64,000 bases of DNA from Octopus sinensis (taxonomy: Eukaryota): positions 129,766,001 through 129,830,000 of the forward strand of contig NC_042998.1 of the NCBI RefSeq assembly GCF_006345805.1, read 5' to 3'. The notes under the pieces were generated by a model. That model saw only the letters and a list, made by a program, of their open reading frames with translations, was not told the origin of the DNA and did no database searches. This document shows positions 14,330 through 27,306 of this stretch, one piece after another (position 1 is the first letter of the stretch; each line of letters starts with the position of its first letter). Made by a program: the position numbers and the translations under genes.

Positions 14330-15745
14330 TTTTATTCTCATGCATACAGTTCTCATGCATATATCTAGACATGTTCACATATATTTAAATGATAAAGTCC
14401 TAGAAAGTTTTACAGATCTTTACAGTTCCAATGTTGGATTAAATCTGTAGTCTTCGAATCAGCTTTCTCCATTCTGGTTTTGAGAAGTCTAACTTCTCAA
14501 GATTTGTACTTAGATAGAGTGTTACATATCCCAATACTCCAATACGTACAGGAATAAATCTGAACTTGTAATCTGGGTAGAGTAACAGTAGATTTCTCGA
14601 TACTCCAAAGTAGGTGGCATCTCTTTCACTGATCCTCAGCTTTTTGTTAACATCTGGGCAGCTGATTTCACCAACTACACAGTTTCTCTTCTCTGTTCCA
14701 AATCATTATATCAGGTCTGTTGTGCTTACAGATTTCATTATATGGTGTCCTAGCCGTAACATCATGCCTCATCGCTAGATAATCTGCGTATGATGTGGAT
14801 GATATCTTTGGTGCTAACTCCACAATGTTTGCATCAGTTGTCACATTTTACTGCTTTTTCTGAACTTCTATCCCTTTTGTGCATCAGGTACTTGGATGAT
14901 ATTTCCTGTTCTTGGAGTGCAAACGCATACCCTACAAAGTGGGAGGTAGTAATCCGGTTGTTGGTCCATGATAGACAGCTTTGATGAAAAATGTTACTAA
15001 CATCTCTGAGCATACTACTAACATATCCCTGCGCAGTCTTTTGCTCATGCCCTTCATTTTTTCACCTGATGATATGTTGCTGTAGAGTCGTGCGAATTCT
15101 TTGGACATGTAGTTAAGGTTATCAGACAAGGAACTCTGTTCAACTAACTGCCTTCCAAGTCTTATGATGTTTTCAGCCTCATGTATGCAAACTTGGTCAA
15201 AGGATGCACTTCAACACTTGGTAGTTAAAATATGTTGCCGAAAGGATATGATACAACATTCAAAAGCAGTTTGAATCGATGTTAAGCCTCTGCTACCTAG
15301 TTTTCCTTTTAGGTAAGGATGGGAAAAATATGTGTACGTCTTAGTATCTCCAGGTTTTTACATCAATGGCTCGGATCTCATTAAGCGTCCAATCAAACAG
15401 CCCAAATCTTCATATGTGAACTGGCACTGCAAACGCATCGTGGGCCACTGTTTTATTGAATTCAGAGAGTTCCGAGGTCCAAACTTGCTCTATTCGACTG
15501 TAAAATTCTTTAGTGACGCGTGTTTTTTTACAGGTGGTATTGTAAAATAGTTTCATCCAACCCTAGATACCTGTAACAATCCTCATCAGATAAGGGAATA
15601 GACAAGTCGTTGGTGGAGATGTATCTTGTCTAGTTTACAGTTTTCCTTTTTTCTTTAAACTATATAGCAAATGTTCTTATGACCAAATTGAAGCTCTACA
15701 TTATGTGAGGGTGTTGTAACCAGGTCAAGGCTCTTTCATCTCGTT
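14330..15745 (-). mobile_element. Decayed R4/Dong-like LINE, 5'-truncated, same subfamily as 1-1690
   Basis: Reverse complement aligns with the first copy (KEFARLY, FVGYAFALQEQEISSKYL, HNRPDIMIW, LEKLDFSKPEWRK); flanked by (TATG)n on both sides. Confidence 0.85.
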
Positions 15746-15984
15746 TTTGTATGTATTTATGTATGTATATAAGTATGTATACATGTATGTATGTATGTAT
15801 ACATGTATGTTTTTATGTAAATATGTATATATGCGAGTATGCATGTTTGCATGCATTTATGTATATATGTATATATCTATCTGTCTGTCTGTCTGTTTAT
15901 CTATCTATCTATCTATAAAAACATATAAATGTATATATCCTCATGTATGATGTAGTATGTTATTCTCCTGCACTGTTGTTTCAT

Positions 15985-16017
15985 TCATATATATATATAT
16001 ATATATATATAGGTGTC

Positions 16018-16073
<56 letters not shown>

Positions 16074-16093
16074 CATACATATATGTATATATG

Positions 16094-16135
<42 letters not shown>

Positions 16136-16147
16136 TTATACACATAC

Positions 16148-16240
<93 letters not shown>
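15985..16240. repeat. (TA)n microsatellite
   Basis: Direct reading. Confidence 0.95.
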
Positions 16241-16856
16241 TATTGATGTAAACAAGAAAAATAGAACACAAAATATGCGCATATGTATATTTTTAATAAT
16301 ATTTAACAGAAATAACCGAGTCACTCAAGGTCAAAATTCTTCGTGCGATGGCAGTTATCAAATTCAGTTACAAGTCAAAGATCTGTGTGCTTATATACGA
16401 GTAGCTACTGATAACGATATTTCCCTCTGGAGTATTCTAAATCAAATTTTAAAATATTAATAATGTGACGTCGATAATTCAAATAGTTTGCCCGTTATAT
16501 CGTCTAATAAGAAAATACATAAATAAATAAAGAAAGAAATAGAGTAAAAAGAAGAAAGATACCTTGTGTATGTCATCAAACACACACATATATGAGAAAG
16601 CTTATATGAATTAGGCGTATAGATGTGCATGTACATGCACGTACATAGGCACACGTGTATGTATGTATGCATGCAAGTATATATGAATTTGGCAATGTTA
16701 TGAATAAATCCGTATGGGAAACGTATTGCAAAGGGATGGAGAGTTTTCAAATAATAAAAGTATGACGACTGGATTGTAATACGAAAATTAACAATTTGGT
16801 TATACATGCGTGTGTGTTTGTGTGTGCTTGTGCGTGTGTGTGTGTTTGTATGTATG

Positions 16857-16908
<52 letters not shown>

Positions 16909-17485
16909 TATATATATACACACATATATATGTATATACATATATATGTGTGTGTGTGTGTTTATATATGTATCTGTGCTTGTGTGTGTGTGTACCTGTG
17001 TGTGTGTGTGTATGTACAAGCGTATGTGCGTACATATTAATGTACAATGCTTTTGATAAACATATATATTCCTGCTGTATAAATATAACCTGTAGATAAA
17101 CCCCAGGAGCTCTGGCAATTAAAAATGAGGTTCAATTCCGAATGGTGTCATGTTTCATTCTGCTTGTAAGGGATCCTGTACCTCCTGGTATGTAAAATGG
17201 AACACAGATCCCTTACATCCAATGACATCAACTCCGAAGTTACAAGCAAACATTTCAGTCTCAGCCTAAATGTGTCGATCTGCTAAATATATCATGCAAA
17301 GTGCATCAACCTACAAAATGATAACTTGAAACTTGAAACACGATAACTTGAAAACTGATAACTTGTAACGATGCGTTGTAAATATAGTCGTTGGCATATA
17401 ACATAACATAATGACTTCAGTATCAGTTCTTAACGGGGAATACGATAACAACATTTTATATATATAGATATATTATATATATATA

Positions 17486-17535
<50 letters not shown>

Positions 17536-18609
17536 TGTATGTATTTATGTATGTATGTATATGTATATGTTATATATATATATGCACGCGCAGAAGCGCA
17601 TCAATTTTGCTGGTAACATAAAATGTATTTATCCACTTCTACCAACAAACATGTCGACCCCTCGCTTGAGTGTAGATACATATAGAATTATTGATGTGAG
17701 ATAAAAAAATAATAAATAATCTTTCTCTTCTTTTAATATATCCTAGAAAACTTTTGGTAAACTTAACATTTCTCTTGCACCTTCATTTGCAAGTTCATTT
17801 GGCCCGGGTTTATAGAATTTTACTGAAGGTTAAGTGAAGGGATAAAACTTTAGCTTGGATGGGACACTAATCTGTCGCAACATTAAGCTCCACTATTTTC
17901 AATTCTCATTTATATCTCAGTCGATTTGTGGAGTATAAAAGGACTTATCAAGTTCAAAGACGCATTGTTCTGCCTATTCTGAGAGTGAGATTCAAGAACT
18001 CAATCCTGATTGCGACACAATTATGAGAAAACTAACCAGAAGTCCATTGCATCACATAGGAAAATATAGCCAGTGTCACACATACAAATAGTTTCGGACA
18101 CAAACGCACACACAGTGTGTTTGAATAAGCCAATAGGCGATAAATGTCCTCCTCTACAAGAATTTTGTAATGCATACACGATAGGTTTGGATATAGAGTC
18201 ACACATAATGATTGCCTCATCTTGTCAGACGAGAGCCGTCTCAGATTGAATGATATTTAGTCATCTGTACTCATTAAGTTTAAGTGACAAAAGCTTGTAC
18301 AACACTTTTGCCACTTCCTCAACTGCCATATTTGATTCCATTCACAGACGTAGTAAGATAACGGGTACTATTTTGATTACAAATTTTATGTTAGAGCATC
18401 TACCAGCAACGAAACTATCTAATCCATACATGGGATCCTCAGAGGCATTAGTGTTCCGGGTTCGAATGCACCTTTGAATAAAAATGATTAAGGGATGACA
18501 ACATACTATTCACAAGTCCCGAACTCAAGAACAGGATCCTCATCACCGTTTGCAATTTAATGCACTAACCCGGACACGTATATACATATACGTATGTATA
18601 TATCTATAT

Positions 18610-18888
18610 AAGCCTTGTGAGCGGATTTGGTAAACGGAAACTGAAAGAAGCCTGTCGTATTTATAAATAAATATATATATATGTGCGTCTGTGTGTCTGT
18701 GTTTGTTCCCAAGCCATAGCTTCACAACCGAAGCTCGCGAGTTTGTCTCCGCCTCCGTAACTTAACGGTTCGGCAAGGCTTACAAAGAATAACTCCTGGG
18801 TTCGATTTCTTCGACTAAAACCCTTTAAGGTGGTACTCCGGCATGGCCAAAGTCAAATGACTGAAACAGGTAAAAGAATAAAAGAATA
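18610..18888 (+). mobile_element. SINE family B, 5'-truncated
   Basis: AGCCTTGTGAGCGGATTTGG..GTCAAATGACTGAAACAGGTAAAAGAATA. Confidence 0.85.
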
Positions 18889-19435
18889 TAATATACATAT
18901 GTGCGTGTGTTTCTGTGTGTGTGTGTTTGTGTTGATAACACGGTGTGGGATGTGGCATGAATTTCAAACGTGAATGCTACGCACCGTACAAGATAAATCC
19001 TAAATTTATTAAATCATACATACTTGCGAAGAAAGTGGCATTTGCGACAAAATCATCCGAATGAGATATGAAGAAATATCGCAAATGAAATATTCTCCAA
19101 AACTCACACACCATTCATGGAGAGAATATTATTTTATAGAATCAATCGAAAACATGTTGACATGGATCTCTGCTCTCATAGGCGATGAAATCAGAACTGT
19201 TCATCTAATTTGACTCCAACAGACATAAGGCTTAAACATGTGCAATTGGATAGAGGACAATAGTGCCATAAAATATTTGCATGGCTAAAAGAATATTTGA
19301 ATTAAAAAAATGTAATACAGATTGGCCATTGCCATGAATTTGAGCAGTAGGGAGGAGTAAAGTTGTGTATCTGTATGTATATGTCATACTTGCATGTATA
19401 TTATATAGATAGATAGATAGATAGATACATATATA

Positions 19436-19500
<65 letters not shown>

Positions 19501-19502
19501 AA

Positions 19503-19822
19503 AGCGCATGCCTCAGTGGTTACGATCATGAGGTTTGTGAGTTCGATTCTCAGACCGGGCTGCGTGTTGTGTTCTTGAGCAAGACACTTTATTTCACGTT
19601 TCTCCAGTTCACTCAGCTGTAGAAGTGATTTGCGAAATCCCTGGTGCCAAGCTGTATCGGCCTTCGCCTTTACCTTGGATAACATCACTGGTGTGGAGAG
19701 GGGCGGCTGGTATGCACGGGCGACTGCTGGCCTTCCATAAACAATCTTGCCCGGACTTGTACCTCGGAGGGTAACTTCTTAGGTGCAATCCCATGGTCAT
19801 TCATGACCAAAGGCCGTCTCCC
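19503..19822 (+). mobile_element. tRNA-derived SINE, family D
   Basis: GCCTCAGTGGTT..GAGTTCGATTCTCAGACC head; three minus-strand homologues in the window. Confidence 0.85.
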
Positions 19823-19881
19823 TATATATATACATATATACATTCATACATATACACACATACAAACATATAATATACATA

Positions 19882-19912
<31 letters not shown>

Positions 19913-20342
19913 CCAATATATATATATAATATATATATTATATATATATATATATATATCTACATATACATATACATATAATACATATATGTACAAAAAT
20001 ATGAAAGAATCTAAGCTTCTTACAACAGGATTATATAGCACAGAATCATATTCTTATAGACGCTCCGAGGGGTTGTCGCTGGGGAAGGACACATTGGGAC
20101 ACGTCACATTGAGTATATGTACATAACGTCAGATGCTCGTAACGTGTCGGGTGGGGTGTGTGGCAATTATTAGATAACAAGACCACATATATGCTAATAT
20201 ACCAATATGCTCATGTACATAAATGCATCCATACGTACATACATACATACATATATATATATATATTTATATTTACATATATATAAATACATACATATGC
20301 ATATATATGTATATACGTATATATATAAATATATCTATACAT

Positions 20343-20381
<39 letters not shown>

Positions 20382-20686
20382 CTCAAAGTCGTATGACGCC
20401 CCCGTATCATTCCTGTTTTTATTCGTTACTGTAAATTTTATCTTCGTCTCTTGTTTTCCTGTTCGTCTCTGTTGTCACATTCTTTCCTTCTACCAGCAAA
20501 TCTAATGCCCATAGCTTAGCTTTTCCTTGGGGCTGGCCCTTTCGGAGCAAATCTCAGAATAAACAGCCGAAATTTTGCCATGATGAATCGGTTTCTGACT
20601 GAAGAATGAAGGCTCTGAACTACTGTCCGTTTTCCGTGTTTGTCAATTCGTGAATTCACGTTCTTTATAATAAGTTTTATTCTATA

Positions 20687-20743
<57 letters not shown>

Positions 20744-20761
20744 TATATATATATATATATA

Positions 20762-21286
20762 TATTCAAACGATGGATTATCATCGATCTGATACTATTAG
20801 GTCTATTATAGTGTTTTCTAATCTGATTGATTGGTACCTCTCTCCCCCTTCTCTATACTCACATTTTATATCTTTTTTGTGTGCGTGTCGTGTGTTTGAG
20901 TGCCCATACACACACATATATATAGGTACAAACATAAACTTGTCTCTCCACACTCTCGTATGTACATATATTTATAGATGTTATATGATATATATATACA
21001 TACATATCTATATATATATATATATATATATATATAGATAGTATGTATATATATATATACATCTATAAATATATGTACATACAGAGAGTGTGGATGAGAC
21101 AAGTTTATGTTTGTACCTATATATATGTGTGTGTATGGGCACTCAAACACATGCACACGCACACAAACAAATATATAAAATGTGAGTATTAGAGAAGGGG
21201 GAGAGAGATTACCAATCAATCAGATTAGAAAAACTATATATAGACTCTAATAGTATCAGATCGATGATTAATCCATCGTTTGAATA
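20762..21286. repeat. Near-perfect inverted duplication (~250-bp arms) centred on a (TA)n tract
   Basis: TATTCAAACGATGGATT.. and ..AATCCATCGTTTGAATA; arms differ mostly by single-base indels. Confidence 0.9.
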
Positions 21287-21444
21287 AATATATAATGACA
21301 TTAGATGTGTGTATTGAGTGTTCTATATTATTTCAAATTATTTGCAGTATTAGTCTTTCCCTCACATTCTTTCTTTCTCTCTGCCTCATTAAACCCCCCT
21401 CTCTCTTTCCTTCTCTCTCACCATATCCCTCGAAACACACACAG

Positions 21445-21484
<40 letters not shown>

Positions 21485-21725
21485 TATATATATATGTATA
21501 GCACAGAATCATATTCTTATAGACGATCCGAGGGGTTGTCGCTGGAGAAGGACACATTGGGACGCGTCACATTGAGTATATGTACATAACGTCAGATGCC
21601 CGTAACGTGTCGGGTGGGGTGTGTGGCAATTATTAGATAACAAGACCACATATATGCTAATATATCAATATGTTCATGTACATAAATGCATCCATACGTA
21701 CATACATACATACATACATACATAT

Positions 21726-21794
<69 letters not shown>

Positions 21795-21831
21795 ATATGT
21801 ATGTATATATATATATGTGTATATATATATT

Positions 21832-21877
<46 letters not shown>

Positions 21878-21962
21878 AAGATGATATATATGCATATCCC
21901 TATAGGCTTTCATGTTTGCACAGACATGCATACACAAATATATATATGCGGGTGTGGATGTG

Positions 21963-22012
<50 letters not shown>

Positions 22013-22297
22013 GTAATATAAACATACTGTAAAAATAAATGCCACGCTCAGGGACGCAAATATTTCACTAATCGTGGGCGGGCGGGCGTGCTTCCCAGCG
22101 ACGGTGTTCCGAGTTCAGTTATACTAGATTTAGTTATTGGAAACTAAACGAAGCCTGTGTGGCAAGTAGTTTGTTTACCAACCACATGGTTTCGTATCCA
22201 CTTCTACTACCTAGCACCTTAGTCAAGTGTCTTCTGCTATTGCCTCGAGCCGACCAAATCCTTGTGAGTGGAAACTGAAAAAAGCCTGTCACACATA

Positions 22298-22596
22298 TCT
22301 TTATATATAAAAGTGAGGTTGTGTGCTGTCTGTCTCCTACGATTTAGATTCCTAACTACTCCCACATTTTGCGGTGCAGTTTAACCAAAACCGGGTATCT
22401 TATAGTCGTGATTCATATCGAGCCCTTCTGGGTATTAGTGCGCGTCTACGATGAGTCTACGATTAAAAAAAAAATTTACCTTCAATTTTTCCCATTTTTA
22501 ATGCATTTTTGGCATATATAAGGGAAGTAACTCTCTAAAAATGCTTATATAGTTATTTCCCTTACAAACCCGAGCAACACCGGGCGATACTGCTAG
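22298..22596 (+). mobile_element. Complete non-autonomous Helitron (299 bp) inserted in a family B SINE
   Basis: A|TCTTTATATATAAAAG 5' end; CCCGAGCAACACCGGGCG subterminal hairpin-like motif; CTAG|T 3' end; no TSD. Confidence 0.85.
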
Positions 22597-22689
22597 TATA
22601 TATACATATATATATATATATTTATATATATATATATATACATATATATAATATATTTATATATGTATATATAATATATATTATGTGTA

Positions 22690-22745
<56 letters not shown>

Positions 22746-22948
22746 CATATATATATATATCTATATGTTTGTGTGTGTATGTGTGCATGTGTCTTTGTGC
22801 AAATATCATTTCCGTATCTATATTTCTACCGTAATATTTATTTTTCTATAATGAATCAACCTGTCAGTTATCAATCAATCAATCAATCTGACAGTCTATA
22901 TATCTATCTATCAATCTATCTATCTATCTATATATCTATCTATCTATC

Positions 22949-23002
<54 letters not shown>

Positions 23003-23827
23003 CGTCTATCTATCCGTCTATCTATCTATCTATCTATATATCTATCTACCTACCTATCTATCTATCCAACTATCTATTTGCCCATCACTCTCTCTAGCTA
23101 CCTGTCTCTGTCTGTCTATCTGCTTATGTATGTATGTATCTATCTATCTATATATTTACGTTGAAGTCTGTGTATATATAAATGTATATATATATATATG
23201 TATACGCGCACATATACCCTCTAACTAAAAACTCTCACTAATTCATGAATGATTTCACATTACAGAGTAGCTCATAAGCTGGCTTACTCACATATATCAT
23301 TGATATATATTGCGCTACATATTGCGGATATTTTGTCAGGTGAATTGTGGGTGTGAAACTGCATAAAATATTTGTGCTCGTGTGTTCGGTATAGCAGGAC
23401 TATATTCTTGCAAATGGTAAGCTAAGAACAAGATGCAGCATTAGGTGAAACAGAAAACTGCATTGCAGAAAAATCTATAAATAGATTGTGTCACTCTGGA
23501 AACATACAAACCTACTACGATATATACGTAGCTACCTATATACCTATATAAATACTAAAATACTGATAGTATATATATATCTATATGGGTGAAAAGATCC
23601 GCACCACCTAGACACACGCGCACTCCCCCGTGTACCAATATAAATATGTTTATTTAGTTCTTCAGAATGACACAGAGAAACACATGCATACCCACATTCA
23701 TACACCACACACATACATACAATCAAACATACATACATACATACACACATACATGCATGCATATATATATATATATACATTCACACATACATGCATACAT
23801 ATATATATATATATATATATAATATAT

Positions 23828-24120
23828 ATCACGTGATCACGTGACCGACCAGACCATCAGATGTAGTTACACATCGCTGGTCACAATGCGTTTGCATTGT
23901 TTTAGCCTTCGAATGACGCCACCCCGCTGGCTAAGCGAGCAGGCCGACAGAAGAAAGAGTGGGAGAAAGAGTGGTGAAAGAGTACAGCAGGGATCACCAC
24001 CCCCTGCCGGAGCGTCGTGGAACTTTTAGGTGTTTTCGCTCAATAAACACTCACAACGTCCGGTCAGGAATCGAAACCGCGATCCTGCGACCGCGAGTCC
24101 GCTGCCCTAACCACTAGGCC
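23828..24120 (-). mobile_element. SINE family C
   Basis: Reverse complement of the family C head; TCACGTGA tandem tail. Confidence 0.9.
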
Positions 24121-24122
24121 AT

Positions 24123-24172
<50 letters not shown>

Positions 24173-24187
24173 ATCTATATATATATC

Positions 24188-24222
<35 letters not shown>

Positions 24223-24255
24223 TATATATATATAGATATATATATATTATATATA

Positions 24256-24301
<46 letters not shown>

Positions 24302-24683
24302 GCAATTAAGGACAACTACTTATAAGAAAACTTAACAAGAAATTGTCAGGTAGATAGCGTGAAAACCTCATAAGAGAATAAATAGTAATATTTTTGGTAG
24401 AAATGACTAATTGTCCCTCTTAGCGTGTGGCATGTTGTATTTAATGCTCTCTGGCATGTATGTATAATGCCCTCTATATATAAATGTATATCTATATATA
24501 TATATATATATATATATATTTAATATATATATACATATATATATATGTATCTGTGTGTCTGGGGAGAGTCATTTTGGGGGGGTCTTATAATGTAACACAC
24601 TCACCGGTAAAATTTCCAATTATATATATATATATATTATATATATTACATATTCACGCACCTCTTTCTGTATGTATATATAC

Positions 24684-24729
<46 letters not shown>

Positions 24730-25631
24730 TTATATATATATATATGTATATATATATACACATACATACATGATATATGTATACGTGAATGCGTGTGTGT
24801 GTGTGTGCGTGTGTGTGCTCACCTGCGAGTGTGTGTGTGCGTTTATAATACATAGATATATACATATTCAAACACCTATTTAGAGAGAGAGAGAGAAACA
24901 TAGATAGAGCGAAGATAATATATATATATATATATATATATATAGATAGATAGGTAGGTAAATAGAGAGAGAGAGAAAGAGAGAGGAAAAAAGAAATATC
25001 GATATGGCTCCTAGTGTGATACATATACCTATACGTTGAAAGAATCATTGCGTTTTAACGTATTCTCAATACATATCTCGAATAAAATACATATGTATTA
25101 ATGCATAATTTCAATTTCTCACTTCACTACAAAAGCACAAGTTTGTTGGGTGCGTAAACCCGCGAATATTGTTTCCACTAATTCATGAGCACTCATCGTT
25201 GTATCGATTTCAGAAAGATTAAAGTCAAATTGATTTTAAAATCGAACATATACGTAAATTAATAAGTCAAACAATCACATCTCTAGCTCTACGCTTTTAT
25301 TCACCCAAAACGCCTCTAATTACTAGGATAGGAACTATTTTCTGAATTCAATAGAAAGCCACCCGGAAGGTATGAAAGATAATGTCCATATCGCTGGGAA
25401 TAAACATACCGGTTATTTAAGTAGGTGATCACTATGGTTATTAGTGTATATTAGGGTGCTCCATTTGAAGAATTCCTGCCGTAGAATTCTTACAGAATTC
25501 TGCTTTAAGAATTCTTACATTCTCTACGGTATTTCGTTATGGCTTCAGGCATTCTGAATTCAAAGTTGGTGTCAACTTTCATCGTTTAGGGGTCGAGGAT
25601 ATGTAGTAATAACCATCAACGAAGTATTGAG

Positions 25632-25990
25632 GAAGGTTAAGTCGATTACATCGACCCCAGTTTTTCACTGGTACTTATTTAATCAACCCCGAAAGGATGA
25701 AAGGCAAAGTCGACATCGGCGGAATTTGAACACAGAACGTAGCGGCAGACGAAATACCTATTTCTTTATTACCCACAAGGGGCTAAACACAGAGGGGACA
25801 AACAAGGACAGACATAGGTATTAAGTCGATTACATCGACCCCAGTGCCTAACTGGTACTTAATTTATCGGCCCCGAAAGGATGAAAAGCAAAGTCGACCT
25901 CGGCAGAATTTGAACTCACAACGTAACGCAGACGAAATACCGCTACGCATTTCGTCCAGCGTGCTAACCATCCTGCCAGCTCGCTGCCTT
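25632..25990 (-). mobile_element. SINE family A, nested dimer
   Basis: Full copy at 25759-25990 whose tail runs straight into a second GGTATTTCGTCTGCCG body. Confidence 0.85.
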
Positions 25991-26340
25991 CCATAGAATT
26001 TATGATAGTGAAGTCAAAACCAACCAAGCATTTATTACGTGCGTTTCAGATCTAACTAAAATCTGATAAAAACTACATCCAGACCGCAAGATCTTCCTGA
26101 GTTGGTAGACTTCAAAATATAACCAACTGATGGAATTTGTTACATATTCTTCTTCTTCTTCTTCTTCTTCTTCTTCTTCTTCTTCTTCTTCTTCTTCTTC
26201 TTCTTCTTCTTCTTCTCTTCACGATGTCCTTCTCCCCCTCCCCACTCTCTTCTTGTATCTCCCTCCGTCTGCGTACCTCTCTATATATTCTTCATCCCAA
26301 CTTAGTTGCCGATTATTTCTACTACCGTGTCAATATATAT

Positions 26341-26400
<60 letters not shown>

Positions 26401-26802
26401 TGTGTGGTGTGTGTATGAATGTGTGTGTGTGTGTATGAATGTGTGTGTGTGTGTGTGTAGAACAAATCCCGTCAGTTAGCTTATTTTTGAAATGTATTAT
26501 CGAAGGAAGGTCCTCCGTAAGGGTTATATATCTTATTATATAATATGCATATAAAAAATGACGGTATTAAATGCTTTCAAAATATTAGTTTGGGTTGACA
26601 TCCTTATTACAACTTAATGCGACTTGATGATAGTGAAATCTGTTCAAGCGAGCCGAAACTTCTGGTTCCATGCACCGTTTCTGAGCATAAAACGATATAT
26701 ATATATATATATATAATATATATAATACAATAAATATATTATATGCATATATGTGGTGTATGTATGTGTGCACATGTATGTATATATTAAAATATATATA
26801 TA

Positions 26803-26833
<31 letters not shown>

Positions 26834-26926
26834 TTATAATAAGAGTAGATCGTATACGAGTGGGTATATATTTGTAAAAGAAGTTTGAAAACGCAACTAT
26901 ATTAGATAAATTTTAATTTTCTTATG

Positions 26927-26974
26927 AATTTTACATGTTTCGGTTCTTGAAAAAACGAACCTCATCAAAAATAT
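26927..26974 (-). ncRNA. Minimal type I hammerhead ribozyme motif with a C3-to-U core substitution
   Basis: Minus strand ATTT-UUGAUGA-GGUUC(10 nt)GAACC-GAAA-CAUG-UA-AAAU: 4-bp stem I, 5-bp stem II with G10.1-C11.1, palindromic ACAUGU stem III, GUA cleavage triplet. Confidence 0.6.
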
Positions 26975-27274
26975 TATAAAAAGTGAAAATTGAAAAGTTC
27001 ATAATCGTTTCTTACTTTTCTCAATAGAATCCATGTGGTGGTGTTTTGTCGGTAGAAAGGGAAAGAGAGAAGATATGTGTACTGAGTGGTGAAAGATGTG
27101 TACTGGCATTAGAGTGGTACATATTACCACTTGAGTAAAGTGTGGCAACATGACATGAAGCCCCTTGTTGAGGAACATAACGAACCACACGCGCTGGGAA
27201 TCGAAACCCGATCTTATGAATCTGCGCATAGCCCCGTAACACATAGCAATGGTTCGTGTATATGTATATATATC

Positions 27275-27306
<32 letters not shown>

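Noticed and set aside
17315-17370. Repeated GATAACTTG(A/T)AA motif resembling an array
   Set aside because: Only three short, irregularly spaced copies; consistent with local slippage, not a CRISPR-like or binding-site array I can support.
18298-18330. Walker A-like GS*GSGKS on the minus strand
   Set aside because: Contains a stop, is followed by several more stops, and no Walker B or other ATPase motif is nearby.
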